A DNA stretch of 64,000 bases from Phycisphaeraceae bacterium. Lineage in GTDB: Bacteria; Planctomycetota; Phycisphaerae; Phycisphaerales; Zrk34. Shown here piece by piece: positions 18,289 to 28,106 of this stretch. A program made the position numbers and the translations under genes. Below the pieces are notes generated by a model. It ran no database searches. It was not told where the DNA came from and worked only from the letters and a program-made list of their open reading frames with translations. Position 1 is the stretch's first letter. The number at the start of each line of letters is the position of its first letter. The DNA is taken from the NCBI GenBank assembly GCA_040905565.1, contig JBBDRF010000092.1, forward strand, positions 32,001 through 96,000, given 5' to 3'.

Positions 18289-19638
18289 ATGGCCAGTCAG
18301 TCAAAAGGTGGATCAAAGAAAAGCGGCGGAGGCGGCGGCAGCGGCACCGGCGGTAGTGGTGGGGGCGGCGGCGGAGGAGGCGGCTTTCGTGGCCGCAAAG
18401 TGACCACCTGTTCGTTCTGTGGCAAGAACTCCCGTGAAGTCGGCCCCATGGTCGAAGGCCCAAACGACGCGTACATCTGCGCCAACTGCACCGAGCTTTG
18501 CCAGAACATCTTCAAGCAGGAGAAGCGGCGGGTATCCGACTCCGGGCCCCTGTTCAGTTCCATCCCTTCGCCCAAGCAGGTGAAGGAGTTCATGGACCAG
18601 TACATCGTCGGGCAGGAATCGCCGAAGAAGTCGCTCGCCGTGGCGGTGCACAATCACTACAAACGGCTTTCCGCAGCGGACGATGCCGAGGCGAACGACG
18701 TTGAACTCGAAAAATCGAACGTGATGCTGATCGGGCCCACCGGCTCGGGCAAAACGTTGATGGCGCGCACGCTGGCGCGGATGCTGAACGTGCCCTTCGC
18801 CATCGGCGACGCGACCACGCTGACCGAAGCGGGCTACGTCGGCGAAGACGTGGAGAACCTGCTGCTGAAGCTGCTGCAAGCTGCGGATTACGATCTTGAA
18901 GCGGCGCAGCGCGGCATCATCTTCATCGACGAAATCGACAAGATCGGTCGCACGTCGCAGAACGTTTCCATCACCCGCGATGTCAGCGGCGAAGGCGTGC
19001 AGCAGGCGCTGCTGAAAATGCTCGAAGGCACCACGGCCAACGTGCCCCCGCAGGGCGGCCGCAAGCACCCCGAGCAGCAGTACATCCAGATGGATACGTC
19101 CAACATCCTCTTCATCTGCGGCGGCGCGTTCGTCGGCATTGAGGATATTGTCCGCAGGCGTCTTGGGGCCAGCCGCATCGGCTTCGCCACCGAGCAGGGC
19201 AGTGAACGGCGTACCACCCAGCGCGACGCGGCCCTCTCCGAGGTCACCACGGACGACGTGCTTGAGTACGGCCTCATCCCCGAACTCGTCGGCCGACTGC
19301 CCGTCGTCGTCCCCCTCGCACCGCTGACGGAGAACGACCTGGTCCGCATCCTGACCGAGCCGAAAAACGCGCTGGTTAAGCAGTTTCAGCACTTCTTCTC
19401 GATGGAAGACGCGGAACTGGAATTCACCGAAGGGGCGCTGTTGGCCATCGCTCACAAGGCGATGACCCGCGAAACCGGTGCCCGTGCCCTGCGTGGCATT
19501 CTCGAGGAGGTCATGCTCGACCTGATGTACGAGCTGCCCGACCTTGAAAGCCGCAACGTGAAGTACGTCGTCGATGCGGACGTGATCGAAGGCAAGAAGA
19601 CCCTCGCCGACATGGAACAGGTGAAGAAGTCCGCCTGA
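18289..19638 (+). CDS. clpX: ATP-dependent Clp protease ATP-binding subunit ClpX
   Basis: CSFCGK...CANC zinc finger; [33 protein letters not shown] loop. Confidence 0.98.
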   Translation: MASQSKGGSKKSGGGGGSGTGGSGGGGGGGGGFRGRKVTTCSFCGKNSREVGPMVEGPNDAYICANCTELCQNIFKQEKRRVSDSGPLFSSIPSPKQVKEFMDQYIVGQESPKKSLAVAVHNHYKRLSAADDAEANDVELEKSNVMLIGPTGSGKTLMARTLARMLNVPFAIGDATTLTEAGYVGEDVENLLLKLLQAADYDLEAAQRGIIFIDEIDKIGRTSQNVSITRDVSGEGVQQALLKMLEGTTANVPPQGGRKHPEQQYIQMDTSNILFICGGAFVGIEDIVRRRLGASRIGFATEQGSERRTTQRDAALSEVTTDDVLEYGLIPELVGRLPVVVPLAPLTENDLVRILTEPKNALVKQFQHFFSMEDAELEFTEGALLAIAHKAMTRETGARALRGILEEVMLDLMYELPDLESRNVKYVVDADVIEGKKTLADMEQVKKSA

Positions 19639-19671
19639 CCTCTCGGAAAGCGTCGAAAAAAATTCATGAAG

Positions 19672-19699
19672 AGCCGGGCTGTCCACAGCCCGGTTTTTT
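19672..19699 (+). terminator. Intrinsic terminator after clpX
   Basis: GCCGGGCTG..CAGCCCGGT stem followed by a T run. Confidence 0.8.
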
Positions 19700-19938
19700 A
19701 ATGCGCGGTTTGCCGGGGCAGGCTTTGGCTCGGTGTATCCGGTTAAGGAAGTGTCATCGCCGATCACGGGTCACACGTGGTTTCCAGGCAGATTGCGAGT
19801 AGGAGGCGCGGGGCAAGCCGACGCGTTTGAACTGGAAGAAGGGTCACGACTGTTTCGCTACCGGCAACGAACGCAGACGGGGCGCGGCGAGATGGTCGAT
19901 ATCTATTTGTTTCTGGAAGACGACGAGCGTTAGCGATT

Positions 19939-20544
19939 TCAGATCGCCGGGCGTTGGTCGAAGAGGGGGGGGATCGCTTTGAGGATGGTTTCGGGTTCGC
20001 TCATGCGGCCGACGCCTCTGGTGCGGCAGGCCTGCCAGCCTTCTTCGGGGCCGACCGTGTGGTAGCCGAGGTCGTTCTTGAGGATGCGCAGGTTCTTCTG
20101 CGTGATCGCGTGCTGCCACATCTGCTCGTTCATCGCGGGGGCAAGCAGGACGGGCGTCGTGGTCGGCAACGCAGCGGCAACGATAGTGACGACGTTGTCA
20201 CACAGGCCGTGCGCCAGCTTCGCGATGGTGTTCGTCGAGGCTGGGGCGATGATCATGGCATCGGCTGAGCGGGCGAGGGCGATGTGCTGTGAATCGTGGG
20301 CGTCGTATGCCTGCCAGGGCGAGGTATGGACGGGCCTGCCGGAGAGCGATTCGAAAGTCATCGGGGTGACGAACCGCGTCGCGGCGTCGGACATCAGAAC
20401 GGTAACGCTGGCCCCACCCTGAGCGAGTCGGCTGACGAGTGTGCAGGTTTTGTAGCAGGCGATGCCGCCGGTCAAGGCAACGATCAGCGACCGCTCATGG
20501 AACGGCGGCGGCGGTGGCGGGAGGCGGTCGGCCGATTCAGGCAT
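19939..20544 (-). CDS. coaC: Phosphopantothenoylcysteine decarboxylase (stand-alone CoaC flavoprotein)
   Basis: LTGGIACYK, HIAL, IAPASTNTIAKLAHGLCDN, PAMNEQMW, QACRTRGVGRM; no CoaB half. Confidence 0.9.
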   Translation of the reverse strand: MPESADRLPPPPPPFHERSLIVALTGGIACYKTCTLVSRLAQGGASVTVLMSDAATRFVTPMTFESLSGRPVHTSPWQAYDAHDSQHIALARSADAMIIAPASTNTIAKLAHGLCDNVVTIVAAALPTTTPVLLAPAMNEQMWQHAITQKNLRILKNDLGYHTVGPEEGWQACRTRGVGRMSEPETILKAIPPLFDQRPAI

Positions 20545-20655
20545 CGCGACGTTCCGTGGAGACTGATTCTGAAAAACCTCAGCGCGTGGCAAGACCGCAG
20601 GGCGAGGCCCCACGTTTTGCCTATGCTCAAGCCCCAACGCCCCGGTGGCGGGGTT

Positions 20656-20886
20656 TTAGTGGAGGGCTTCGCGGGGCGGGGTGATGTTCGACGCTTCGTA
20701 GTCGATGGCGATCTTTTCTTCGAGCACCTCAGCGATGGCGAGTTCGAGATCGCTGCGGCCCTTGCGTTCGACCAGCGGGCGTGCGCCGTCGAGCAGTTCG
20801 CGCCAGCGGTGCTGAACGAGTGCGGTCATCTTGAAGCGGCCGCCGACTTTGCGGACAATTTCGTCGCTCTTGAGTGATTCAATCAT
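20656..20886 (-). CDS. rpoZ: RNA polymerase omega subunit
   Basis: KVGGRFKMTALVQHRWREL..GARPLV...AIAEVLEEKI; directly upstream of coaC. Confidence 0.88.
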   Translation of the reverse strand: MIESLKSDEIVRKVGGRFKMTALVQHRWRELLDGARPLVERKGRSDLELAIAEVLEEKIAIDYEASNITPPREALH

Positions 20887-20951
20887 TGAATAAGCCTCCC
20901 TGGGCAAAGCCCCATACTTTAGCCGCTCATGATGCCCATAGCAAACGGCGA

Positions 20952-20970
20952 TAGCGGGCGATCGAAGATC
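20952..20970. repeat. REP-like element, family C (TAGCGGGCGATC..AGATC)
   Basis: Matches copies at 50337-50362 and 57220-57245. Confidence 0.65.
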
Positions 20971-21071
20971 CGCGCTGCGTTTGGCGGGCGGGCCATGAAC
21001 TCAAGGCAGGCCGCTGCTTGCGGGGGGGCGGGGAGGCTTTAGAATGCCGGATTGGGCATTGGAGGCCTTTC

Positions 21072-22376
21072 ATGAATGTACTGATCATCGGAAGCGGCGG
21101 GCGTGAGCATGCGCTTGGCTGGAAACTGAAACAGAGCAAGCGCTGCGGCAAGCTCTTCTTCGCTTCGGGCAACGCCGGTACGGCTGCGCTGGGACAGAAT
21201 GTGAAGATCGACCTGGAGCCGGTCAACCAGAAGGCGGTCGACGCGATCGTGCTGTTCTGTCGGCGGAATAAGGTGGAGCTCGTGGTGATCGGGCCGGAGG
21301 ATCCGCTTTCGCAGGGGCTGGCGGACAAGCTGATCAAGTGGGGAGACAAGGGCTTGAAGGTCTTCGGGCCGACGGCTGCGGGGGCACGGCTGGAAGGCGA
21401 CAAGGCCTGGGCGAAACAGCTGATGCGGGCGGCGGCGGTGCCCACGGCAGAGTCTCGCACGTTCACCGATGCCGAGGCGGCGATCTCGTATGTGAACGCG
21501 CATGAGACGCCGGTCGTGGTGAAGGCGGCGGGGCTGGCCAAGGGCAAAGGCGTGGTCGTGTGCAGCGACTCGGCCGAGGCGGAGGCGGCACTGCGACGCA
21601 TCATGATCGACCGCGAGTTCGGCGATGCGGGCGCTACCGTGGTCGTTGAAGAGCGGCTCGTCGGGCAGGAGGTTTCCATCCTGGCGCTGGTCGATGGTCG
21701 GAGCATCTATGTGCTGGAGCCGGCGCAGGATCACAAGCAGGTCGGCGAAGGCGACACCGGCCCGAACACAGGAGGCATGGGCGCGTACACGCCGACGCCG
21801 TTGGTGGACGATGCGATGATGCGCGTTGTCGAGCGGGAGGTGCTGGTGCCGATGGTCGATGCGCTGCGGCGGGAGGGCATCGACTACCGAGGCGTCTTGT
21901 ACGCCGGGCTGATGCTGACGGCGGGCGGGCCGAAGGTTCTGGAATTCAATTGCCGATTCGGGGACCCTGAATGCCAGCCGTTGGTCGTTCGCATGAAGGG
22001 CGATCTTCTGGAGGCGATGCTGGCCGTGGCCGACGGGCGGGCGGACGAGATCGATCTGCGATGGGACAGCCGCGTGGCCTGTTGCGTGGTGATGTGCAGC
22101 GACGGCTACCCGGGCGACTACCCCAAGGGGCTGCCGATCACCGGGCTGAAGGATGCAGAGGCGATGGAGGACGTTTGGGTTTTCCATGCTGGGACGAAAC
22201 TCAGCGGCGACAACGTGCTGACCGACGGCGGCCGGGTGCTGAGCGTGGTGGCACTGGGTGAGGACATCACCGAGGCACGCGACCGGGCGAACGCGGCATG
22301 TGAGAAGATCCACTTCCCGGGGGGCTTTTTCCGTCGGGACATTGGCAACCGCGTGCTCAAGACGCACGCACGCTGA
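21072..22376 (+). CDS. purD: Phosphoribosylamine-glycine ligase
   Basis: IGSGGREHAL, GPEDPL, QDHK, GDTGPNTGGMGAY, EFNCRFGDPE, HAGT. Confidence 0.98.
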   Translation: MNVLIIGSGGREHALGWKLKQSKRCGKLFFASGNAGTAALGQNVKIDLEPVNQKAVDAIVLFCRRNKVELVVIGPEDPLSQGLADKLIKWGDKGLKVFGPTAAGARLEGDKAWAKQLMRAAAVPTAESRTFTDAEAAISYVNAHETPVVVKAAGLAKGKGVVVCSDSAEAEAALRRIMIDREFGDAGATVVVEERLVGQEVSILALVDGRSIYVLEPAQDHKQVGEGDTGPNTGGMGAYTPTPLVDDAMMRVVEREVLVPMVDALRREGIDYRGVLYAGLMLTAGGPKVLEFNCRFGDPECQPLVVRMKGDLLEAMLAVADGRADEIDLRWDSRVACCVVMCSDGYPGDYPKGLPITGLKDAEAMEDVWVFHAGTKLSGDNVLTDGGRVLSVVALGEDITEARDRANAACEKIHFPGGFFRRDIGNRVLKTHAR

Positions 22377-22464
22377 GAGATTGACTCGAGCCTTCGACGG
22401 GCGTTTCATCAGCATCAGGTCGAGCGATCGTTTTATTCGAACCCTCACCAGGGAAAGCCGAGCC

Positions 22465-23814
22465 ATGACGCGTATTAAGACAGGTCAGGAAAACCAGACC
22501 GCAACCGACAAGCCGGCCGCGGAGCGTTACGCGCGGTCGCACGCAGCGTTCACCAAGGCAAAAACGCTGATGCCGGGCGGGGTGAACTCGCCTGTCCGCG
22601 CGTTTGGAGCCGTTGGGGGCGAACCGATCGTCGTGCGTGAGGGCAAGGGCTGCTACGTGATGGACATCGACGGCAATCGCTACGTCGACTACGTCTGCAG
22701 CTATGGACCATTGGTTGCGGGGCATGCGCACCCTGCCGTTGTCGCCGCGGTCACGAAGGCCGTCTCACGCGGGGCCAGCTTTGGCATGCCTACGGAGCTT
22801 GAAACCCAACTGGCGGAGACGGTGGTCAAAGCGGTCGAAGGCGTGGAGCTTGTCCGCTTCGTCAACAGCGGCACCGAGGCGGCGATGAGCGCCATCCGGC
22901 TGGCGCGCGGCGCAACGGGGCGGGCAAAGATCGTCAAAGCGGTCGGCGGCTACCACGGCCATGCCGACGGGATGCTCGTCGAAGCAGGCAGCGGGGCGAC
23001 CACGCTAGGCGTGCCAAGTTCGCCAGGCGTCCCCGCATCGATCACGGCCGACACGCTGCTGATGCCGTTCAACGATCTCGAGGCAGCGGCCCAACTGCTC
23101 ACGGATAATCCGGGCGAAGTCGCGGCCATCATGGTCGAACCAATTGCGGGCAACATGGGCTGCGTGCCGCCGAAGCCCGCCTATCTCGACGGCCTGCGGA
23201 AGCTGTGCGACGAGCACGGCACGCTGCTGATCTTCGACGAAGTCATGACCGGCTTCCGCGTGGACTACGGCGGCGCTCAGGCGGTCTACAGCGTCGATCC
23301 GGACATCACGGTCCTCGGCAAGATCATCGGCGGGGGCATCCCCTGTGCCGCTTACGGCGCGAGCGAAAAACTGATGCGGCAGATGTCGCCCGACGGGCCG
23401 ATCTACCAGGCGGGCACGCTCAGCGGCAATCCCGTGGCGATGGCGTCGGGCCTGGCCACGCTTGAACTGTTGCGGGAAGCGGGGGCGTATCAGCACCTTG
23501 AGCAGATGGCGGCCATGCTCGAACAGGGCCTCGCCTCCGAAGCCTCCAAGGCCAAAGTGCCGGTACGGATCAACCGGGTGGGCTCGATGCTGACCGTCTT
23601 CTTTACCGATCGCAAGGTACAAAACTACGTCGACGCGACAGCTTCGGATACGCAGGCGTTCGGGCGGTTCTTCCATGCGATGCTCGATCGAGGCGTGGCC
23701 CTGCCGCCTAGCCAGTTCGAAGCGTGGTTCGTCAGCCTGGCGCACGATCAGGAATCGATCGACGCCACGGTCAAAGCAGCCGCCGAGGCGTTCGCCCTCG
23801 TCGCTGCGGGTTGA
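22465..23814 (+). CDS. hemL: Glutamate-1-semialdehyde 2,1-aminomutase
   Basis: PGGVNSPVRAF, NSGTEA, DEVMTGFR, GKIIGGG, YQAGTLSGNP, PPSQFE. Confidence 0.97.
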   Translation: MTRIKTGQENQTATDKPAAERYARSHAAFTKAKTLMPGGVNSPVRAFGAVGGEPIVVREGKGCYVMDIDGNRYVDYVCSYGPLVAGHAHPAVVAAVTKAVSRGASFGMPTELETQLAETVVKAVEGVELVRFVNSGTEAAMSAIRLARGATGRAKIVKAVGGYHGHADGMLVEAGSGATTLGVPSSPGVPASITADTLLMPFNDLEAAAQLLTDNPGEVAAIMVEPIAGNMGCVPPKPAYLDGLRKLCDEHGTLLIFDEVMTGFRVDYGGAQAVYSVDPDITVLGKIIGGGIPCAAYGASEKLMRQMSPDGPIYQAGTLSGNPVAMASGLATLELLREAGAYQHLEQMAAMLEQGLASEASKAKVPVRINRVGSMLTVFFTDRKVQNYVDATASDTQAFGRFFHAMLDRGVALPPSQFEAWFVSLAHDQESIDATVKAAAEAFALVAAG

Positions 23815-23833
23815 GATATTCGGGAACCAAAAG

Positions 23834-23876
23834 AAAAAGCGGCCGCCTGTCGATGTGACGGGCGGCCGCTTGTTTG
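23834..23876. terminator. Bidirectional intrinsic terminator between hemL and flotillin
   Basis: AAGCGGCCGCCTGTC / GACGGGCGGCCGCTT stem with A-rich and T-rich flanks. Confidence 0.8.
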
Positions 23877-23892
23877 TTCCGCTCAGGTCAGC

Positions 23893-25725
23893 TTACGCGT
23901 CGCCGTCGCCGTCGTCGTCGCTCGACTTCGTTGAACGACCCGCCTTGCCGCCGTTGGTCTTCTCGGCTTTTGCCGTGGCAGCGGCTCGAGTTGGGGCGGT
24001 CGCCGTCGGGGCCTCGTCATCGCCGCCGTTGGCGGGTTCGGCTGGGGTGGAACGTGCCGCTGAGGTCAGCCCGTGAATGTCCGAGCCCGTGAGCCCGATC
24101 TCGCTCAGCAGCGAATCCAGCAGCGGCGCCTGGCCGCGATAACGCAGCGCACTGTTGACGACCTGGTCGGCGAGATTGCCTGAGCCGTTGCTGCTCGCTT
24201 CGCCGTTACCGTTGGCGGAACCGTTCCCGCCGCCGCCGCCGAGCCCTTCGACGGAGTAGATGCGGATGCCTTCGATCTGCTCCATCGGCTTGACCGACTC
24301 GCGGATGATGCCTTCCATCTTCTCCAGAATCGTCGTCTTGATCCGCAACGCGATGATCTCGGTCGAGAGCACATTCTCCGCTTCGTGCAGCTTCCGCTTA
24401 CCTTCCGCGTCCACGGCGTACTGCTTCTCGGCGGCCTCGGCGGTAATCTTCACGCGGTCCGCCTCGGCGTTGGCTTCGGTTCGCACCGCTTCGGCGCGGT
24501 CCTCCGCAGCAGCGCGGTCGGCCTCGGCGGAGACCTTGATCCCGATCGCGTCGCGCTCAGCTTGTTCGCTGGCGCGCACCAGTTCGATGGCCTTGGCGCG
24601 CTCAGCACGCTCGGTCTCACGCACCGTTTCGACGCCTTCCTCCGCCTTCACCGCGAGCGCCAGCGCCTGATCCGCCTCGGCCTCAGCTTCCGACTGACTC
24701 CGTGATTTCTCCGCCACAGCGATCCGCTTATCCTGCTCCGCCAGTTCCACCGACCGCTGCTTGTTAATCTCACGCTCGCGCAGTTGCCGATCCTTCTCGA
24801 TGCGTTCTTCTTCGACGGCCCGCTGCGACATGATGTCCGCCTGATCGACCCGCTGCTTCGCCGCGATCCGCGCCTGCTGGGCAGCCTGATCCTTCTCCGC
24901 CTGCTCGCGCGCGGTCAGCGCATCTTCCTCGGCCCGCCGAACCGCCACTTCACGCGACTGAGCCATGCGGGCGTATTCCTCTTCACGCTTGACCTGCAGA
25001 GTGTACTGTTCAGCTTCGAGGTTCTTACGCTGGATCTGCACCTCCGTGTCACGCTCAACATCGTTACGCTGCTTACGGCGGGCTTCGATCTCCTCGGTCA
25101 GCCGGGTAAGGCCCTGCGCATCGAACGCGTTGTTCGGGTTGAAGTACTGCTGATCGGTCTGATCGAGCGCCGTCAGCGAAACCGATTCAAGTTCCATGCC
25201 GTTTTTCAGCAGGTCTTCCGAGACGGCCTGCTGTACTTTCTGCACGAAATCCACGCGGTTCTCGTGCAGTTCTTCCATGGTCATGCCCGCGGCGACGGCA
25301 CGCAGGGCGTCGACGAACTTGCCTTCGACCAGATCCTTGAGGGCTTCGGGATCCATCGTGCGCTTGCCGAGCGTCTGGGCGGCATCGGCGATGGCTTCGA
25401 CCGTGGGCTTCACGCGGACATAGAACTCCGCTCTCACATCCACACGCATGCGGTCGCGCGTGATGAGGGCCCCCTGGTCGCCGCCGCGCCATACCTCCAG
25501 GCGAAGCGTGTTCATGTTCACCTGGATCACTTCGTGGAGGACGGGGAAGACCATCGCACCGCCGTTCATGATCACCCGCTGTCCGCGGAAGCCGGTCCGT
25601 ACGAACGAACGTTCCTTCGATGCCCGGCGGTAGAGCCTGGAGAGAATCATCCCCACGATCAGGAGAACAAAGAGAAACCCGATCCCACCCCCGACGATCC
25701 ACATGATAATTTCCGATGTCGGCAT
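23893..25725 (-). CDS. Flotillin-like SPFH protein (YqiK family)
   Basis: TM; FVRTG..G..V..NGGA; MNTLRLEV; LITRDRMRVDV; NAFDAQGLT; EA-rich coiled coil. Confidence 0.93.
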   Translation of the reverse strand: MPTSEIIMWIVGGGIGFLFVLLIVGMILSRLYRRASKERSFVRTGFRGQRVIMNGGAMVFPVLHEVIQVNMNTLRLEVWRGGDQGALITRDRMRVDVRAEFYVRVKPTVEAIADAAQTLGKRTMDPEALKDLVEGKFVDALRAVAAGMTMEELHENRVDFVQKVQQAVSEDLLKNGMELESVSLTALDQTDQQYFNPNNAFDAQGLTRLTEEIEARRKQRNDVERDTEVQIQRKNLEAEQYTLQVKREEEYARMAQSREVAVRRAEEDALTAREQAEKDQAAQQARIAAKQRVDQADIMSQRAVEEERIEKDRQLREREINKQRSVELAEQDKRIAVAEKSRSQSEAEAEADQALALAVKAEEGVETVRETERAERAKAIELVRASEQAERDAIGIKVSAEADRAAAEDRAEAVRTEANAEADRVKITAEAAEKQYAVDAEGKRKLHEAENVLSTEIIALRIKTTILEKMEGIIRESVKPMEQIEGIRIYSVEGLGGGGGNGSANGNGEASSNGSGNLADQVVNSALRYRGQAPLLDSLLSEIGLTGSDIHGLTSAARSTPAEPANGGDDEAPTATAPTRAAATAKAEKTNGGKAGRSTKSSDDDGDGDA

Positions 25726-25889
25726 GAACTGCCTCCTGCTTCTGGTTGCCTCGCGCCGTCGGCGCCAAGTGTTGGATCCGCGACACCCCGAACGTCTGCG
25801 CGGGTGTCACAACGATGCGCCTGCTCGGCGCTGTCTGCTTAGCCGGCGTATGTGCGTGGCACGCCCGGACTGTGAATTTTCGCGAAGCG

Positions 25890-26576
25890 CTAATCTACGA
25901 GCGCTTCGTTGGGATTGTCGATCGCGCGGAATACCGCGCCCTCCCGGCCGATCAGCAGCACGTTCGTGCCCTGCTCGAAGGAAGTTTCCGCATCGTCGGG
26001 CTCGACCATGACGTAGTGCGAAAGACCGAAGGAATCTTTCAGCCGGGCCTGCGCCGGATTGCCCATGCGTGCGGTTCCCAAAGTGATACACGCAACGCGT
26101 CCGACAAACTTGCTTTCAGAGACGGCTTCCGTCTCATCTTTGGGAATCACCTTCGCCAGCACCCCGCCGGTGACGTGGACGAAGTAGATGGCCGCGACGA
26201 AGACGGGCCAGACCGCCAGCCATGCGGGAAGGGGCGCCTGGAATGTGGCGACCATGGCGGCCTGGAAGAACAGCCCAATGAAGCCGAACGCGAAGAGGTA
26301 GACGACCAACAGAATCAGCACGGGCACGCGGCCGATGCGGAGCCAGCCGAGCAGCTTCGTGATCGGGCCGTGGGAGGAGACGTCGCCAAGATCAAAATCG
26401 CCGGGCTCCAGGCCGACGTCCACATCGACATCGACTTCGGGCAGCAGCGAATCAAGAAAGCTCGAAACGCCCAGTCCGAGCACCGCCGTGACGCCCTCGA
26501 GCAGGCCGAGCATGACCATCGCGCCCAGGGAGATCATGAACGGGATATTCTCAGCTGTTAAGAAGAAATCAGTCAT
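25890..26576 (-). CDS. YqiJ/NfeD-like membrane protein
   Basis: ENIPF, LLGWLRIGRVP, VIPKDETEAVS, C-terminal OB-like 'G.PAQARLKDSFG..HYVMVEP'. Confidence 0.88.
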   Translation of the reverse strand: MTDFFLTAENIPFMISLGAMVMLGLLEGVTAVLGLGVSSFLDSLLPEVDVDVDVGLEPGDFDLGDVSSHGPITKLLGWLRIGRVPVLILLVVYLFAFGFIGLFFQAAMVATFQAPLPAWLAVWPVFVAAIYFVHVTGGVLAKVIPKDETEAVSESKFVGRVACITLGTARMGNPAQARLKDSFGLSHYVMVEPDDAETSFEQGTNVLLIGREGAVFRAIDNPNEALVD

Positions 26577-26657
26577 GAGAGGCACCCCAGATCACGCCCA
26601 TGTTACCCCGTCGGCCGGAGCGCAGATAGCGTTGTGTCACCGCGTGGCTGCGAAATT

Positions 26658-27353
26658 TCACGCTTTGGTGGCGCGAGCCTTGGCCGCGGCAAGGCGTTCT
26701 TCGATTCGGTGCTTGCGGGAGAGGTCTTCGAGTTCCGCGAGCTGGCCGGCGGTCTTCATGTCCGTCCCCAGGCCCTGCATGCCGGTCTGACGTTCGAGAA
26801 CGCGGTCGAAGGCGGAGCCGGCCTTGTTGACGCGCGATTCGAGATCGCTGCCGGGCCCGGGGGCACCCTCGCCATCGCCATCTGCCCCGCCGGCGGTGGT
26901 GAGCGACTGCTCACGCGTCTGGCGGTACTGTCGAAGCTCTTCACGCATCTCGCGTTTTTTGCCCTGCAAGGCGGCAACGAAACCTTCAAGTTCCTTCTCT
27001 TCGTGGCCGCATTCGTTGATGGTCGTCTCGAGCACGGGGATCTGCGCTTCGAGATCCAGCTGCCGGGCGATCGCAGCCTCGGCAAGATCTTCACGCGACT
27101 GCTGCACGGCAAGCTCGATCTGTTCGGTCAGCGCTTCGTGCTTCGTGTTCGATTCCATGAGCCGGCGCGAAGCGAGATGCTTGTTGGCCGCGACCTTGCC
27201 AAGCTCGGCACGCACTTCATCAATGGCGCCGTCGACTTCGCGAATCGCCTGTTCCATGACCAGCTCGGGGGCGGAGTTTTCGACCGCGTCGACGATCTGG
27301 TTGAACCCGCCGCTGACGATCCTGCCGACCCGTGCGGTGATGCCTTCTTTCAT
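26658..27353 (-). CDS. PspA/IM30 (ESCRT-III-like) protein
   Basis: PELVMEQAIRE, REDLAEAAIARQ, coiled coil, IEERLAAAK; SD AGGAGG upstream. Confidence 0.9.
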   Translation of the reverse strand: MKEGITARVGRIVSGGFNQIVDAVENSAPELVMEQAIREVDGAIDEVRAELGKVAANKHLASRRLMESNTKHEALTEQIELAVQQSREDLAEAAIARQLDLEAQIPVLETTINECGHEEKELEGFVAALQGKKREMREELRQYRQTREQSLTTAGGADGDGEGAPGPGSDLESRVNKAGSAFDRVLERQTGMQGLGTDMKTAGQLAELEDLSRKHRIEERLAAAKARATKA

Positions 27354-27355
27354 GA

Positions 27356-27895
27356 TCAAGCCTCCTTGGCCTTAGTAGTGGCAGCCTCAATCAGCCGCGC
27401 GATTTCGAGACTCGGCCCAAGCCGATCCGCAACAACATTCCCATCGTAACAGCGGCACTGCCGTGTTACCCCTAAACGTAAAACCGACTCGATGAGTGCA
27501 AACAGTTTGTCGGCGAGTCGGCGTTCAAGTTCCGCGAGTTCCTTGCGTTGCTCCTGGGCGGCTGCGGGCTTGGCGGAGCGTGCGTGATCTTCTGGCGGGA
27601 AGGTCATCAGCAGGGCCGCCGCTTCGCCGAGCCAGTCGCCAGTCAGGCTGACCAGTTCAGAATGTACCCGATGGCGGTGCTCCAGGTCACGCACGCGAGA
27701 GCGACCACGCTGGATAAGATCCTCGGCACGCCTGACCGCGTCGCCGAAGTCCTGAGCACCCTCCCGGCGTTCACGTGCTTCGATGATGATCGATCGCAGT
27801 TTATCGCTGGGCGTGGATGCGCCCGGGATGTCGAGCCCTGCGATGAAGGCGGCATCCTCGGCCGAGACGCGTACGCTCATCGTCACCGTTTTCAT
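27356..27895 (-). CDS. Hypothetical protein, putative ribbon-helix-helix-like regulator heading the psp operon
   Basis: N-terminal strand-helix-helix pattern TVTMSVRVSAEDAAFI..TPSDKLRSII; abuts the pspA start. Confidence 0.6.
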   Translation of the reverse strand: MKTVTMSVRVSAEDAAFIAGLDIPGASTPSDKLRSIIIEARERREGAQDFGDAVRRAEDLIQRGRSRVRDLEHRHRVHSELVSLTGDWLGEAAALLMTFPPEDHARSAKPAAAQEQRKELAELERRLADKLFALIESVLRLGVTRQCRCYDGNVVADRLGPSLEIARLIEAATTKAKEA

Positions 27896-27945
27896 AGCCT
27901 GCCGACCTTTCGTCCACAGAGAACGTTTCGAAGCTTCATTCTTAT

Positions 27946-27974
27946 ACTATGCCGTCGGCGAATGCATCTGTCAA
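27946..27974 (-). promoter_or_regulatory. Probable promoter of the psp/flotillin operon
   Basis: Minus strand TTGACA (27974-27969), 17 nt, CATAGT. Confidence 0.5.
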
Positions 27975-28106
27975 CGTTTGTTTGCATTTGTTTTCGCTGT
28001 GGTGGTGGGGGGACATGAAAAAACCTCCGCCACGTGTGTGACGGAGGTTCTGTGTTGGCGTCGCCCCAAGTGGTTCCGGGCATCATGCGGGACCAGGTGG
28101 GGGGGG

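Noticed and set aside
19733..19933. 66-aa ORF after the clpX terminator
   Set aside because: It fills the gap plausibly but has no recognisable motif or clear SD, so support is insufficient.
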